Shown here piece after piece: positions 51,909-62,003 of a stretch of 64,000 nucleotides of DNA. The translations under genes and the position numbers were made by a program. Each line of letters starts with the position of its first letter. Position 1 is the first letter of the stretch. The DNA is from Candidatus Poribacteria bacterium (GTDB lineage: Bacteria > Poribacteria > WGA-4E > WGA-3G): the NCBI GenBank assembly GCA_965214095.1, contig OZ243938.1:832001-896000 (forward strand). The letters are read 5' to 3'. The notes beneath the pieces are model-generated. The model was not told the DNA's origin and searched no databases. It saw only the letters and a program-made list of their open reading frames with translations.

Positions 51909-53741
51909 CTAAAGCTTACTTACATCCCACAAAAGGACAGTCCCATCAGAACTCACACTTGCAACCGTTTCCCCATCCGGAGAAAACGCAACATCATTGA
52001 TGTTTTGTGTATGTCCAGCAAACGTCTCTAGGCGTTTGCCAGAATGTACATCCCAAATGTGTACAACTTTCTCATTCTCAGAACTATTTGCAAGCAACCT
52101 GCCATCAGGAGAACATGCAAGATGCGTTACAACTCCCGCATCTGATATCGGTGTCCGTGTCAACTCACCTGTGGTAACATCCCAAAAACGGAGTGTTCCA
52201 TCTGCACTACCACTTACAAGTGTATCGCCATAAGAAGAAAACACCACGTTATTAACTTCCTTTTCGTGTCCAGTTAACGTTCTAAGGTGAGTCTGACTGC
52301 CAACATCCCATATCATGATTGTCTTGTCATCGCTGCTACTTGCAAGCATTTTTCCATCTGGAGAAAACGCAACTGAATTGACTTTATCCGTATGTTCACT
52401 GAAAGTCATCAAGCGATCTCCAATGAGATAAAGTTGCCCCTTACAAATCTCCCATATACATACTTTGTTATCTCTGGTACCAGTCGCGAGCATACATCCA
52501 TCAGGTGAAATTGCTATAGAAGAAAATTTTGTTCCATCTCCTCTAAAACTTCCGAGAAACCGACCAGTTGCTACATCCCACAAACGCGCTTTGTTAGAAG
52601 AATCTCTTGTCACAAGCATGTTTCCATCTGCTGAAAATATGATTGAATGGACATCCGATTGCCGAACAAAGGTAGTATTTATCTGTTTGCTATTTTGTAA
52701 ATCCCACCACTGGACTTCGTTTTCTCCACCACAAGTCAACGTTTTCCCGTCAGGAGAAAATGCTACAGAATAGAGTTCCATTGGTCTGTGATCAAGTATG
52801 GTAATATTTACTTCACCTGTGTTTGCATCCCACATTCGGACCGTGCCATCATCACTGCCACTGGCAATTGTCTCTCCATCAGGTGAATACGATATTGAAA
52901 CCACCTCGTCTCCGTGTGCCATACTGATCAGTAGTTCTGCTGTATCAACATCCCAAACATCGACTCTGTCCCAACGGCTACCAGTCACAAGTTTTCTTCC
53001 GTCAGGTGAAAATTCCATAGATTTAAACTCACCAACCCACTCCGTATTATTACTGAGTCGTTTACCGGTTTCTAATGCCCAAAACTGCAGAGGACCATCT
53101 CCTGTTGCAAGTATTTTCTGGTCTGTTGAAATGGCAGCAGCATTAAAGTTAGTTTCAAGGGACATCTCTTTCACAATTTCATAGTCTTGTGTATCCCAAT
53201 ATGCAATTTGTGACTCCTTATTAGCGGTATTGCCTACGGTAAGAAGATGTGTACTATCAGAAGTATATGTCATAATTGCATCTGACGAAAAATCTGTTAA
53301 ACATGTCTTTAGAAGTTGACAGGTACCAACATCCCATATCATGATTCCCCCACTTGTACTTGCCAGTTTATCTCCTCTCCCATTGAATGTTAAATACTCA
53401 ACATCATCTTTATTTCCAACACAAGTACCTTTGAGCAGACACGTCTTAGTATCCCAAATTTGGATTGCTTTGTTCTCACCACTCGTAGCGAAGAATTTTC
53501 CATCTGAGCTGAAGGCAATAGTCGTAACAGGTGCAGTATCCTCTGTTAGTAAGTCAAGTGCTTCTCCTGTTTCTGAATCATAGATCCAGACACCGATGGA
53601 TGAAACAACAGCCAATCGTTTTCCATCGGGGAAAAACTTTACTTGACTTATTTTTCCTCTCCCAAAACGGGTTTTTGCACCATCTGGTAATCCTACCTGT
53701 GCATTTTTATGAGTGAAAGTAGTGTCTTCGTTTATTTCCAT
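51909..53741 (-). CDS. WD40 protein, array type A1
   Basis: QVGLPDGAKTRFGRG leader; WD40 repeats. Confidence 0.9.
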   Translation of the reverse strand: MEINEDTTFTHKNAQVGLPDGAKTRFGRGKISQVKFFPDGKRLAVVSSIGVWIYDSETGEALDLLTEDTAPVTTIAFSSDGKFFATSGENKAIQIWDTKTCLLKGTCVGNKDDVEYLTFNGRGDKLASTSGGIMIWDVGTCQLLKTCLTDFSSDAIMTYTSDSTHLLTVGNTANKESQIAYWDTQDYEIVKEMSLETNFNAAAISTDQKILATGDGPLQFWALETGKRLSNNTEWVGEFKSMEFSPDGRKLVTGSRWDRVDVWDVDTAELLISMAHGDEVVSISYSPDGETIASGSDDGTVRMWDANTGEVNITILDHRPMELYSVAFSPDGKTLTCGGENEVQWWDLQNSKQINTTFVRQSDVHSIIFSADGNMLVTRDSSNKARLWDVATGRFLGSFRGDGTKFSSIAISPDGCMLATGTRDNKVCIWEICKGQLYLIGDRLMTFSEHTDKVNSVAFSPDGKMLASSSDDKTIMIWDVGSQTHLRTLTGHEKEVNNVVFSSYGDTLVSGSADGTLRFWDVTTGELTRTPISDAGVVTHLACSPDGRLLANSSENEKVVHIWDVHSGKRLETFAGHTQNINDVAFSPDGETVASVSSDGTVLLWDVSKL

Positions 53742-53825
53742 CTAATAGGATCTCCTTTTTGTAGTTTGAATATTAGTCGTGTGTTGGTGTCTTTAGTCTC
53801 ATAGGAATGATATGTTAATTGTACT

Positions 53826-53897
53826 ATGTCGTTCCTACGGAACTCAAAGTTGTTGGGGACAAATGTATTCTATAGACATATCGTCCCTACGGGACTA
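53826..53897. repeat. Pair of REP-like palindromes
   Basis: ATGTCGTTCCTACGGAACT and ATATCGTCCCTACGGGACT, about 50 bp apart. Confidence 0.6.
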
Positions 53898-53938
53898 AAG
53901 AGTGTTTTCAGACCAAAATTGCTTATACCTAACTCACG

Positions 53939-56335
53939 TTATATTACATCATATTCTACTTCTGGAACATTCCACAACTTCACCGTACTATCCCATCCAG
54001 CAGTCGCAAGTGTGCGTCCATCTGGAGAATAGGACAGAAACCATATTCCTTCTATATGTCCATGTGTATAAGAAGCAATTACTTTACCAGTATTTGCATT
54101 ACAAAAACAGATCTGATCCTCTTCCCAATGCGTATAAGCGAAAGTCTCTCCATTAGGAGAATAGACTACATTACTCGCTTTCTTATCAATTGTCTTTATC
54201 GGCTTATCACCATCAACATTCCAAAATTGAAGTTCAAAGTCATTAATACATAGAAAAGTTTTGAAATCTGGAGAAGGTGCAACCGTGTGTCCCTGTGCCT
54301 TTTTGATGGTTTCTCCAGTAGTCAAATCCCAGAATCGAACCTCTCCATCAGTTGAACCGGCAAGCAATTGTCCATCCTTTGAAAACACAAGATTTCTTAT
54401 TTCAAGCGACATGGATTCGAGCATCTTCGTGCTTTTGCCAGAAGTAACATCCCACAGACAAACGTTTCCATGTTCATCGCCACTTGCAAGCATCTTTCCA
54501 TCAGCTGAAAACACAACTGATGTAATGCCATTCAAATGTTCTATAAAAGTCCGTTCTATCTCATTTTTTTCAGGATTTAGAATATTTATAGTGTTGTTTC
54601 GTTCATCTCTATAAGCTAACCTTATTCCATCTGGTGCATAGGCTATACAACCGACTCTCTGTTTATATAGATGAATTGTTTTCAAGTGCTCACACGTTTG
54701 TGTATCCCACAAACGGAGTCTACGATCACCATCCAATACTGCAAGCGTGTTGGAAACAGGTGAATGCGTCATAAATACATACATCTGTGCGTATCCATCA
54801 AGCGTCCTTGTAGGTGAACCTGATGCAACATCCCAAAATCGGATAGTGCCGTCAGAGTGACTGTTTGCCAAAGTGTTTCCATCTGGAGAAAATGCAATGT
54901 AGTAAGTTGTATCTGGTGGACTTTGAATAGTTTTTGTTTGTTCTGCTTTAGTAACATCCCAAAACTGTATCACATCATCATTGTAGTTGTTGCTAACGAG
55001 TGTATTCCCATCTGGACTGAAAACAACTGCATTTACGCCATCGGCATCCGTAGTAGCAGTTATTGTATTGCGTATGTTTCCTGTATCAGTATTCCAAATT
55101 CTGATCTTACCATCCTGATTTCCACTTGCAAGCCTTCTACTATCGGGTGAAAAAGAAATTGATGAAACTGAACCTGAATGTTTTGTAAGTGTGTGCAGGA
55201 ATTCTCCCGTGTGTGCGTTCCACAGATGTATCATTTTATCTGTCCCATAACTTGCAAGTAACTCTCCGTTTGACGAACACATTACTTCGGATACACCTCC
55301 AGCATGTCCAGCAATAGTCAACATCTGTTTGCCTGATGCAACGTCCCAAAAATAAATCAATTCATCATCTCCGCCGCTAATAAGTATCTGTCCATCTTGA
55401 CTAAAAGTTAAAGATCTTACACCATCAGTATGTCCTGAGAGTGTCAACTTAAGGTCACCCGTTTGGAGATCCCTTAATGTAATTTTATTGTCTTCACCAT
55501 CATTCGCCAAGAGTGAATTATCAGGACTAATTGCAACACTGTGAACCCCTTCCGTGTGTTCCAAAAACAGATTGAGTTCTTTCCCAGTATGTGCATCATA
55601 AAGCCAAACACCGATAGTGCTTGCTGCTGCAAATAGCGAACCATCTTTGGAATATGTAATATCAAAAGGATAACCTTTTCCAAGTCGTGCTTTTGCACCA
55701 TCAGGTAATTTCCAACTTGTAACATCTTGTGATTGTAAAGATTCTGCTGTCATAACTTCTCCTCTTTCTGTTTCTACGCCAAACTCCTGTCGTAGCAGTG
55801 TGCGAATATCTCTTAATCTACTCTTTACTGTACCTGCAGGCATCTTGAATTTCTCAGCAATTTCTCTGATATTCCATAATTCCAAGTAGTATAATTCCGC
55901 AACAGAACGCACTTTCTTTGGCAACTGATGTATCGCTTCTTTAACATCGGTGATTAGTTGCGTATTGTAATATCGCCTTGTAGCGTCTTGATCAATATGT
56001 TCCACCAATACGGACTCCTGATGAGGTATTTCACTATATCTATGATGTGTTGTTTTATAATACCGTTTGCATGCGTTGAGTGCGATGCGGTGTAGCCACG
56101 GTCCAAAACTATCAACATTTCTCAATCCAGTGATATTTTGCCACACAGACATCCAAATGTCATTACTAATCTCTTCGGCATCTTGGAGATGTCTTGAATT
56201 AGCGACAATGACACGCCAAATCCGAGGTGTATAACGGGTCATGAGTTCTGCAAAGGCTGCTTCATCCCTGTCTTGAACGAGTTGAATCAGTTCTGTATCT
56301 GCAAGGTCACTGAACACCAGAAACTCATTGGTCAT
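53939..56335 (-). CDS. ECF sigma factor-WD40 fusion (array type B1)
   Basis: Region 2 DAEEI..DIW...SFGPWLHRIALN; region 4 LPKKVR...EIA.....GTVKSRL; then LPDGAKARLGKG and WD40 repeats; no TM segment. Confidence 0.92.
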   Translation of the reverse strand: MTNEFLVFSDLADTELIQLVQDRDEAAFAELMTRYTPRIWRVIVANSRHLQDAEEISNDIWMSVWQNITGLRNVDSFGPWLHRIALNACKRYYKTTHHRYSEIPHQESVLVEHIDQDATRRYYNTQLITDVKEAIHQLPKKVRSVAELYYLELWNIREIAEKFKMPAGTVKSRLRDIRTLLRQEFGVETERGEVMTAESLQSQDVTSWKLPDGAKARLGKGYPFDITYSKDGSLFAAASTIGVWLYDAHTGKELNLFLEHTEGVHSVAISPDNSLLANDGEDNKITLRDLQTGDLKLTLSGHTDGVRSLTFSQDGQILISGGDDELIYFWDVASGKQMLTIAGHAGGVSEVMCSSNGELLASYGTDKMIHLWNAHTGEFLHTLTKHSGSVSSISFSPDSRRLASGNQDGKIRIWNTDTGNIRNTITATTDADGVNAVVFSPDGNTLVSNNYNDDVIQFWDVTKAEQTKTIQSPPDTTYYIAFSPDGNTLANSHSDGTIRFWDVASGSPTRTLDGYAQMYVFMTHSPVSNTLAVLDGDRRLRLWDTQTCEHLKTIHLYKQRVGCIAYAPDGIRLAYRDERNNTINILNPEKNEIERTFIEHLNGITSVVFSADGKMLASGDEHGNVCLWDVTSGKSTKMLESMSLEIRNLVFSKDGQLLAGSTDGEVRFWDLTTGETIKKAQGHTVAPSPDFKTFLCINDFELQFWNVDGDKPIKTIDKKASNVVYSPNGETFAYTHWEEDQICFCNANTGKVIASYTHGHIEGIWFLSYSPDGRTLATAGWDSTVKLWNVPEVEYDVI

Positions 56336-56380
56336 AAACAGATATCCAATTAGACAAATAATGTAATTTGAGAAGGATGA

Positions 56381-59064
56381 CTATAGATACGGTTTACAAT
56401 CCCATACAAGAATTGTACCGTTCCTACAACCTGTAGCAAGCATTGTGCCATTTGGTGAGAAAGCCATTGAATGCACGAACGAATTATGTCCATTAAATGC
56501 ATGAATTTGTTTGCCTGAAGATATATCCCATATCCGTATTGTCAAATTCTCTCGGTCCTTATTCCGCCAAGTTGCTCCTGCAAGATACTTACTGCACGCT
56601 GAAAACACTAATGGACATGTCTTTCGGTAGCCTTCATTTTGAGGAATTACGCGAACTGTTTTATACTCCTTAGCACACCACAAACGGAATTCTTGGTTTA
56701 ATTCTCCAGCAATCAGATTACCACATGGAGAAAGACAATATCTAATGGATCGCTTGGTGTTTCCATAACTAATTCTGCAATCTCCTTACCCAAATCAACA
56801 TCCCATACTCTTGCAGTGTTATCCTTTGATCCACTCACTATTCGTTTCCCATCAGGTGAAAATGCTAATGACAATATTTCATCAGAATGACCAGTAAAAT
56901 GCATCGGACTCTCAGGATTTTCAAAATGCCACACATACACTGTCCAATCTTTGCCTCCAACAGCGAGTTGATCTCCAGACGGTGCAAAAACCTTAGGATG
57001 ATACCGTTCTCTCAGTACAGATGCTGTTTTGATCTTTACCTTAAGTTTTTCTGGATTATTGACATCCCATATCTTCGTCTCATCATCATAATTCATTGCA
57101 AGTATTTCTCCAGAAGGTAAAAGGGTCATAGCACTTATCCATTCACCTTTGAGAAATACATCTTGGACACATTTCTTGTCAACATCCCATAATGCGAAAC
57201 CTAGTCTTAGATTGCTTGCCAGTGTGTGATCATCAACCCACATCACCTTCGGTTCTGACCACGGGAGCTGTGGCTCTTGTCCTAAAGTGATAGTAGGTAT
57301 TCCATCATCTATATGATTGATAGGCGAGTTATTTGTGAAGTGTTTTGCTTGGGCAATGGCTATAGATTTTGCAAAGCCATAACCTCCTATACCTACAGAT
57401 ATCTCAAGTAACTTTTCTCTATTTTCAACATTCCACACTTCTATAGGCTTGGATGAACTATAATACACTAATGCAAATAACCTGCCATCTTCTGTGTAAA
57501 ACGGATCGTCAAAATTTGGGAATTCCGTTTTCTGTGTTCCTGATGCGAGATCCCATACCCGTAATGTTCCATCACTGGATGCAACGAATTGTCCACAAGG
57601 TGAAATAGTGACTGCATCTACCCAATCCTCATGACCTGAAAAGTGTGCTATTTGTTCTCCAGATGTTATATCCCACACTGATACACAACGGTCAATACGT
57701 TTATCATCTTTCAAAGTTTCGTCGGAAACTGCTCCAGCTATCAGGTGACTATCTGAAGAAAAAACAAATTCTCTACCCACAAATTTGATAATTTGCTTAC
57801 CTGTTTTGGGATCCCAAACGTAAGTCTGAGTTCCCTCTGTATCAGGATTCAGGCATACATTATCGTCATTGTACACTTTTGAATTCCCAGCAGTCGCTGC
57901 GAGTAAGTTGCCATCTGGTGAAAACTCAAGCTGCACTATATCATTTGATTTCCATTCATGATTTCCGCGATCCATCTGTGCGATACGTGTCCCATTCTGA
58001 ATATCTAAAACTGTAACAATACCGTCACCTTCAGCAGCAGCAACCCATTTGCCATTGGAAGAACAAGCGAGTTCAGCAAAAGCATCTTGATCCTCTATTT
58101 GTAGAACACACTTTCCACTCTGGACATCATATACCTTGAGGATGTTGTCAAGAGTATCTGCCACAATCCATTTGCTGTCATGAGAAAACGCAATAGAAAA
58201 GATACCGTGTTGTGGTTCCCATAACGAAATCGGTAACATTGTTGACGTATCATACCACCACAACCCCATTCCAGTACCTACTGCAATACACGTTCCATCG
58301 GGTGAGAGTTTGATATCATCTATACTACCCTTACCGAATCGGACAATTACGTCCTCTGGTAGAGCCCAAGTATTTCCAGATGGATCGTCTGCTATTGCGT
58401 TTAGCATTTTAGGTTTTAGGTTATGTGTCACTTCGCCATTTGACTTACTTGATTGATGTGTACGATCGGTAATTTTTTCCTTGTTTCTTCCTCTTGATGG
58501 ATCGACACCAAATTCCTTTCGCAAAAGTTCGCGTGTTTCCCTTAACTTTGTTTTCACTGTGCCTTCGGTCAGTGTGAACTCAGCTGCAATGTCCTTAACA
58601 CTCCACGACTCTAAGTAATACAATTCTGCCACTGAACGCACCTTTTGTGGAAGGTGATGAACCGCTTCCTTGGCATCAGCAATTAACTGCATGTTTCTAA
58701 ACCGTGCAGTAGCTGCTTGATCTATATGTTCAATTATCTCAGAATGTAGATGTGGGATTTCACTTCGTGCTTGTCTTGCCAAGGTGTAATAACGTTTGCA
58801 TGCGTTGAGTGCGATGCGGTGTAGCCACGGTCCAAAACTATCAACATTTCTCAATCCAGTGATGTTTTGCCAAACAGATATCCAGATGTCAGCATGTATT
58901 TCTTCTGCATCTTGCCGTTGTCTTGAATTAGAAGAGATTATCCCCCAAATTCTATGCGAATAACGTGACATCAGTTCCGCAAGAGCTGATTCATTTCTAT
59001 TCTGTACAAGCTGAATAAGTTCTGCATCTGTTAGGTCACTCAAAGCAAGAAAATTGTTGGACAT
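56381..59064 (-). pseudogene. ECF sigma-WD40 fusion with a 1-bp frameshift near the 3' end
   Basis: Restoring one base in the run at 56731-56733 turns DIVFLHVVI* into DIVFSPCGNLIAG and joins ORF 56381-56683 (about 894 aa); may be a sequencing error. Confidence 0.8.
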
Positions 59065-59097
59065 AAAAACAGATTCCTGAGCCAGTTTTAATGTATA

Positions 59098-59124
59098 GAG
59101 GAGAGTTTTATAGTAAAAGGTTTA
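59098..59124 (-). promoter_or_regulatory. Putative ECF-type promoter
   Basis: TAAACC(TTT)-N17-CCTC(TATA), with the same spacing as the motif at 62004-62031. Confidence 0.35.
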
Positions 59125-59160
59125 AAAAAATAAAAATCGTATTTTGTAATTTTATGACAA

Positions 59161-61767
59161 TCACAGATAAGGTGTTAGGTCCCAAAGCAGGATAGTGCCT
59201 TCATGGCTTGCACTGGCTAAGAGTTTGTTGTCTGGAGAGAAGGCGAGTGCATGTATATCTGTCGTATGTCCCCGAAATGTGGCAAGATGCTTACCACTCG
59301 CGACTTCCCACAAACAGATTGGAAAGTTCTTTGTCTTGTTGTTCCAAGATGCTTCATTTACAATGTACTGTCCGCACGAAGAAAACACAGGAGAATCAAC
59401 ATGTGCACATTCTTCGGGCAGCGACAACATCTTCTCAAGCAGAAAGCGTTTCATTCCGTACAAGTTTTCGTCATCTTTGCAGGCCTTACGAGATCTGATA
59501 TCCCAAATTAGCATGTTTTCTTTTCCACTACAACTAAGGTACCGCTCACACGGAGAAAATTCGATGATTCCCGTTACGTTATCACTTGGAAACGTTTCTA
59601 CCTTTTCACCAAGTTCCATATCCCACAGTCTGACATTATTAGACTTTGATTCACTTGCGAGTAATTTTCCATCATGACTGAATTTCAAGGTATCAACAAA
59701 ATCACCATCATCTTCGTCATCGTTGTTATCACTTGGTTCAAGGGGATGTGTTAGTTCGTACATTTTTTTTTCATTTTGCACATCCCAAACATGTAAATTG
59801 CCATCTCCGTCTGCATAGGCGAATAGTGTGCCTGTTGGTGCTAATGCAGGATGTGCACTCCAATATTCTCGTCCCGTTGCTTCAATAAGTGGTATTCCAT
59901 TGCATTCAGTTTCCCAAAGATTAACAGTCTCGTCTTGGATACTTGCGACATAGAGTTTACCGCTATTGGTTTTATATACAAACTGATTTTTTCCAGCAGA
60001 TACCTCTTTAATTGCTGGACGCGAACGTTTACTTTCAATATCCCACAATACGACACCTTCTTGATAGTGTTTCACTGCTAACGTCTTTCCATCTCCGGAG
60101 AATATCATTGAATCAGGGAAGGAGATAGGAGAATGTATGAATTGGCGTTTGACAGGATTGTCAGTAGTCCATACATTTACATATTCATGTCTACGTTCGT
60201 AGGCAAGTTGTGAGCCGTTTGAAAATATGACATTATTTCCCCATTCAAATATTGAGCAGAATTCTGTTGCAGTCTGTCCCCATACTTCGTCGATGTATAA
60301 CATCTCATTACTTTCAAGATCACGGACTGAGATAGTAGTTGGACCTGTATCGTCATAATGGACAACCGCTGCGCGTAAAACGCCGTCTGGTGTATAGGAA
60401 GGCACAATACGATACACGTGACCATAATCAGTATATGTCTCAGCTTTTTGCCACGTATTGACATCCCAGACGTACACTGTGCCATCTTCACCACCAGAAG
60501 CGAGGAACTGTCCACACGGTGAAAAGCAGAGAGTCGTGACCCAATATTTATGTGCTGATAGGCACGCAATTTGTTCGCTACTTTCCATACTCCACACTAC
60601 TATTGACTCTGCATCGTCAGAGGTAGCGGAACTACACGTAGACGCTATCAATCGAGCATCGGGTGAGAAACAAATAGGACGGTAGTAGCCGCCTTTTTCA
60701 ATGTCTGCAGTCAATCTGGCAAAAGGTTTACCGGTTTCTACATGCCAAACTTCAACAACAGAAGTATTCCAATATGCAACGGCAATATATCGATTATCGT
60801 GGGAAAAGGTCATTCCTTCTAAGAAAGTCTCTGATTTGACCTGTGTCAAGCATGTGCCATCCTGGACATTCAAAATCTTAAGTATTCGATCTGAAAAACT
60901 AGCAGCTATCCATTTTCCGTTAGGTGAAAAAGTAACAGATTCAACTACTCCCCGTTCTACCTCATAAAGTGCGACAGGTGAAAGCGTTGCGAGGTCATAT
61001 ATCCAAAGTCCTATGCAGGTGCCAATAGCAAGATACTGTCCATCAGGTGAGAACGCCATTTTAGGTTCACTTCCGCGTCCTAATCTTGCAATCGCACCTT
61101 CAGGGAGTGCCCAGGTTGTTACATCACCTTCAAATGAACCTACCGGCACGGGAGTTGAAGTGTCTTGGTTTTCCATAAAACTGTCTCCTTGTCCTTGATA
61201 AAGGTCATCTTGCAATATAAGTTCTTCCTGTTTTAGACGATTTCGCGCTCGGTTGAGCCGACTTTTTACCGTGTTCAGAGATACACCTAAAGCCTCACTA
61301 ATGGCTTTACAAGACATTTCTCCGAGATAGTGGAGGATCATCGTTGTGCATTCTGTCCCCGGCAACATTTCCAGAAGGTTATAAACGATTTCGCTACGAC
61401 GTTCTGCGGATGCTTTTTCACGTTGTTCTGCTACATAAGAGACATAAGCAGTTTTTTCCAATATTTCTTCACTGGTAATATCCAGCGATTGCATCACAAT
61501 TCTTTTCTTTCGCAGACATGCTATACACTGCCGATTTGCAATCGTAAAGAGCCATCCAGAAAACCGATTCGGATCTTGTAGGGTAGGTAGTTTTTTGTAT
61601 ACTTGAAGGAATGTATCTTGAGTTATTTCCTCTGCAATATGATAATCACCGACTTTACGCCATGCAAACGTATGTACACTATGACGATATCTGTTAACTA
61701 AATCACTAAATGCCCCTTCGTCACCTGACAATATATCATAAATCAATTGAACGTCATCTTTTACCAT
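59161..61767 (-). CDS. ECF sigma factor-WD40 fusion
   Basis: AEEITQDTFLQVY...FSGWLFTIANR; LP......ILHYL..MS...IS..LGVSLNTVKSRLNRAR; LPEGAIARLGRG; WD40 repeats; AGGAG RBS. Confidence 0.92.
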   Translation of the reverse strand: MVKDDVQLIYDILSGDEGAFSDLVNRYRHSVHTFAWRKVGDYHIAEEITQDTFLQVYKKLPTLQDPNRFSGWLFTIANRQCIACLRKKRIVMQSLDITSEEILEKTAYVSYVAEQREKASAERRSEIVYNLLEMLPGTECTTMILHYLGEMSCKAISEALGVSLNTVKSRLNRARNRLKQEELILQDDLYQGQGDSFMENQDTSTPVPVGSFEGDVTTWALPEGAIARLGRGSEPKMAFSPDGQYLAIGTCIGLWIYDLATLSPVALYEVERGVVESVTFSPNGKWIAASFSDRILKILNVQDGTCLTQVKSETFLEGMTFSHDNRYIAVAYWNTSVVEVWHVETGKPFARLTADIEKGGYYRPICFSPDARLIASTCSSATSDDAESIVVWSMESSEQIACLSAHKYWVTTLCFSPCGQFLASGGEDGTVYVWDVNTWQKAETYTDYGHVYRIVPSYTPDGVLRAAVVHYDDTGPTTISVRDLESNEMLYIDEVWGQTATEFCSIFEWGNNVIFSNGSQLAYERRHEYVNVWTTDNPVKRQFIHSPISFPDSMIFSGDGKTLAVKHYQEGVVLWDIESKRSRPAIKEVSAGKNQFVYKTNSGKLYVASIQDETVNLWETECNGIPLIEATGREYWSAHPALAPTGTLFAYADGDGNLHVWDVQNEKKMYELTHPLEPSDNNDDEDDGDFVDTLKFSHDGKLLASESKSNNVRLWDMELGEKVETFPSDNVTGIIEFSPCERYLSCSGKENMLIWDIRSRKACKDDENLYGMKRFLLEKMLSLPEECAHVDSPVFSSCGQYIVNEASWNNKTKNFPICLWEVASGKHLATFRGHTTDIHALAFSPDNKLLASASHEGTILLWDLTPYL

Positions 61768-61792
61768 CAGAGACTCCTAATACAATCTATTT

Positions 61793-61982
61793 GAGGGGTG
61801 TGCATAAATAAATTATGTGCCTACATTGGCTGCGTCTTTCATCAAGTATTTCTTTATATGTAATTGTCCTCTTTGTAGCAGTATAATCTATTGAGACGTT
61901 TTGATCTTGTGGACGGCACGCGGAGCGTGCCTACTACTTTTAAGACTATATTTGAGATTGCTTTTCTTTATGCACACTTCTC
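61793..61982. mobile_element. MITE (190 bp), family 2, IS256-like ends
   Basis: TIRs GAGGGGTGTGCATAAA / TTTATGCACACTTCTC; perfect 8-bp TSD ATCTATTT at 61785-61792 and 61983-61990. Confidence 0.9.
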
Positions 61983-62003
61983 ATCTATTTACTCATATAT
62001 CAT

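Noticed and set aside
39559-56335. Diversity-generating retroelement acting on WD40 3' ends
   Set aside because: There is no reverse transcriptase in the window. The similar segments are whole paralogous genes, and by eye their differences are not restricted to adenines.
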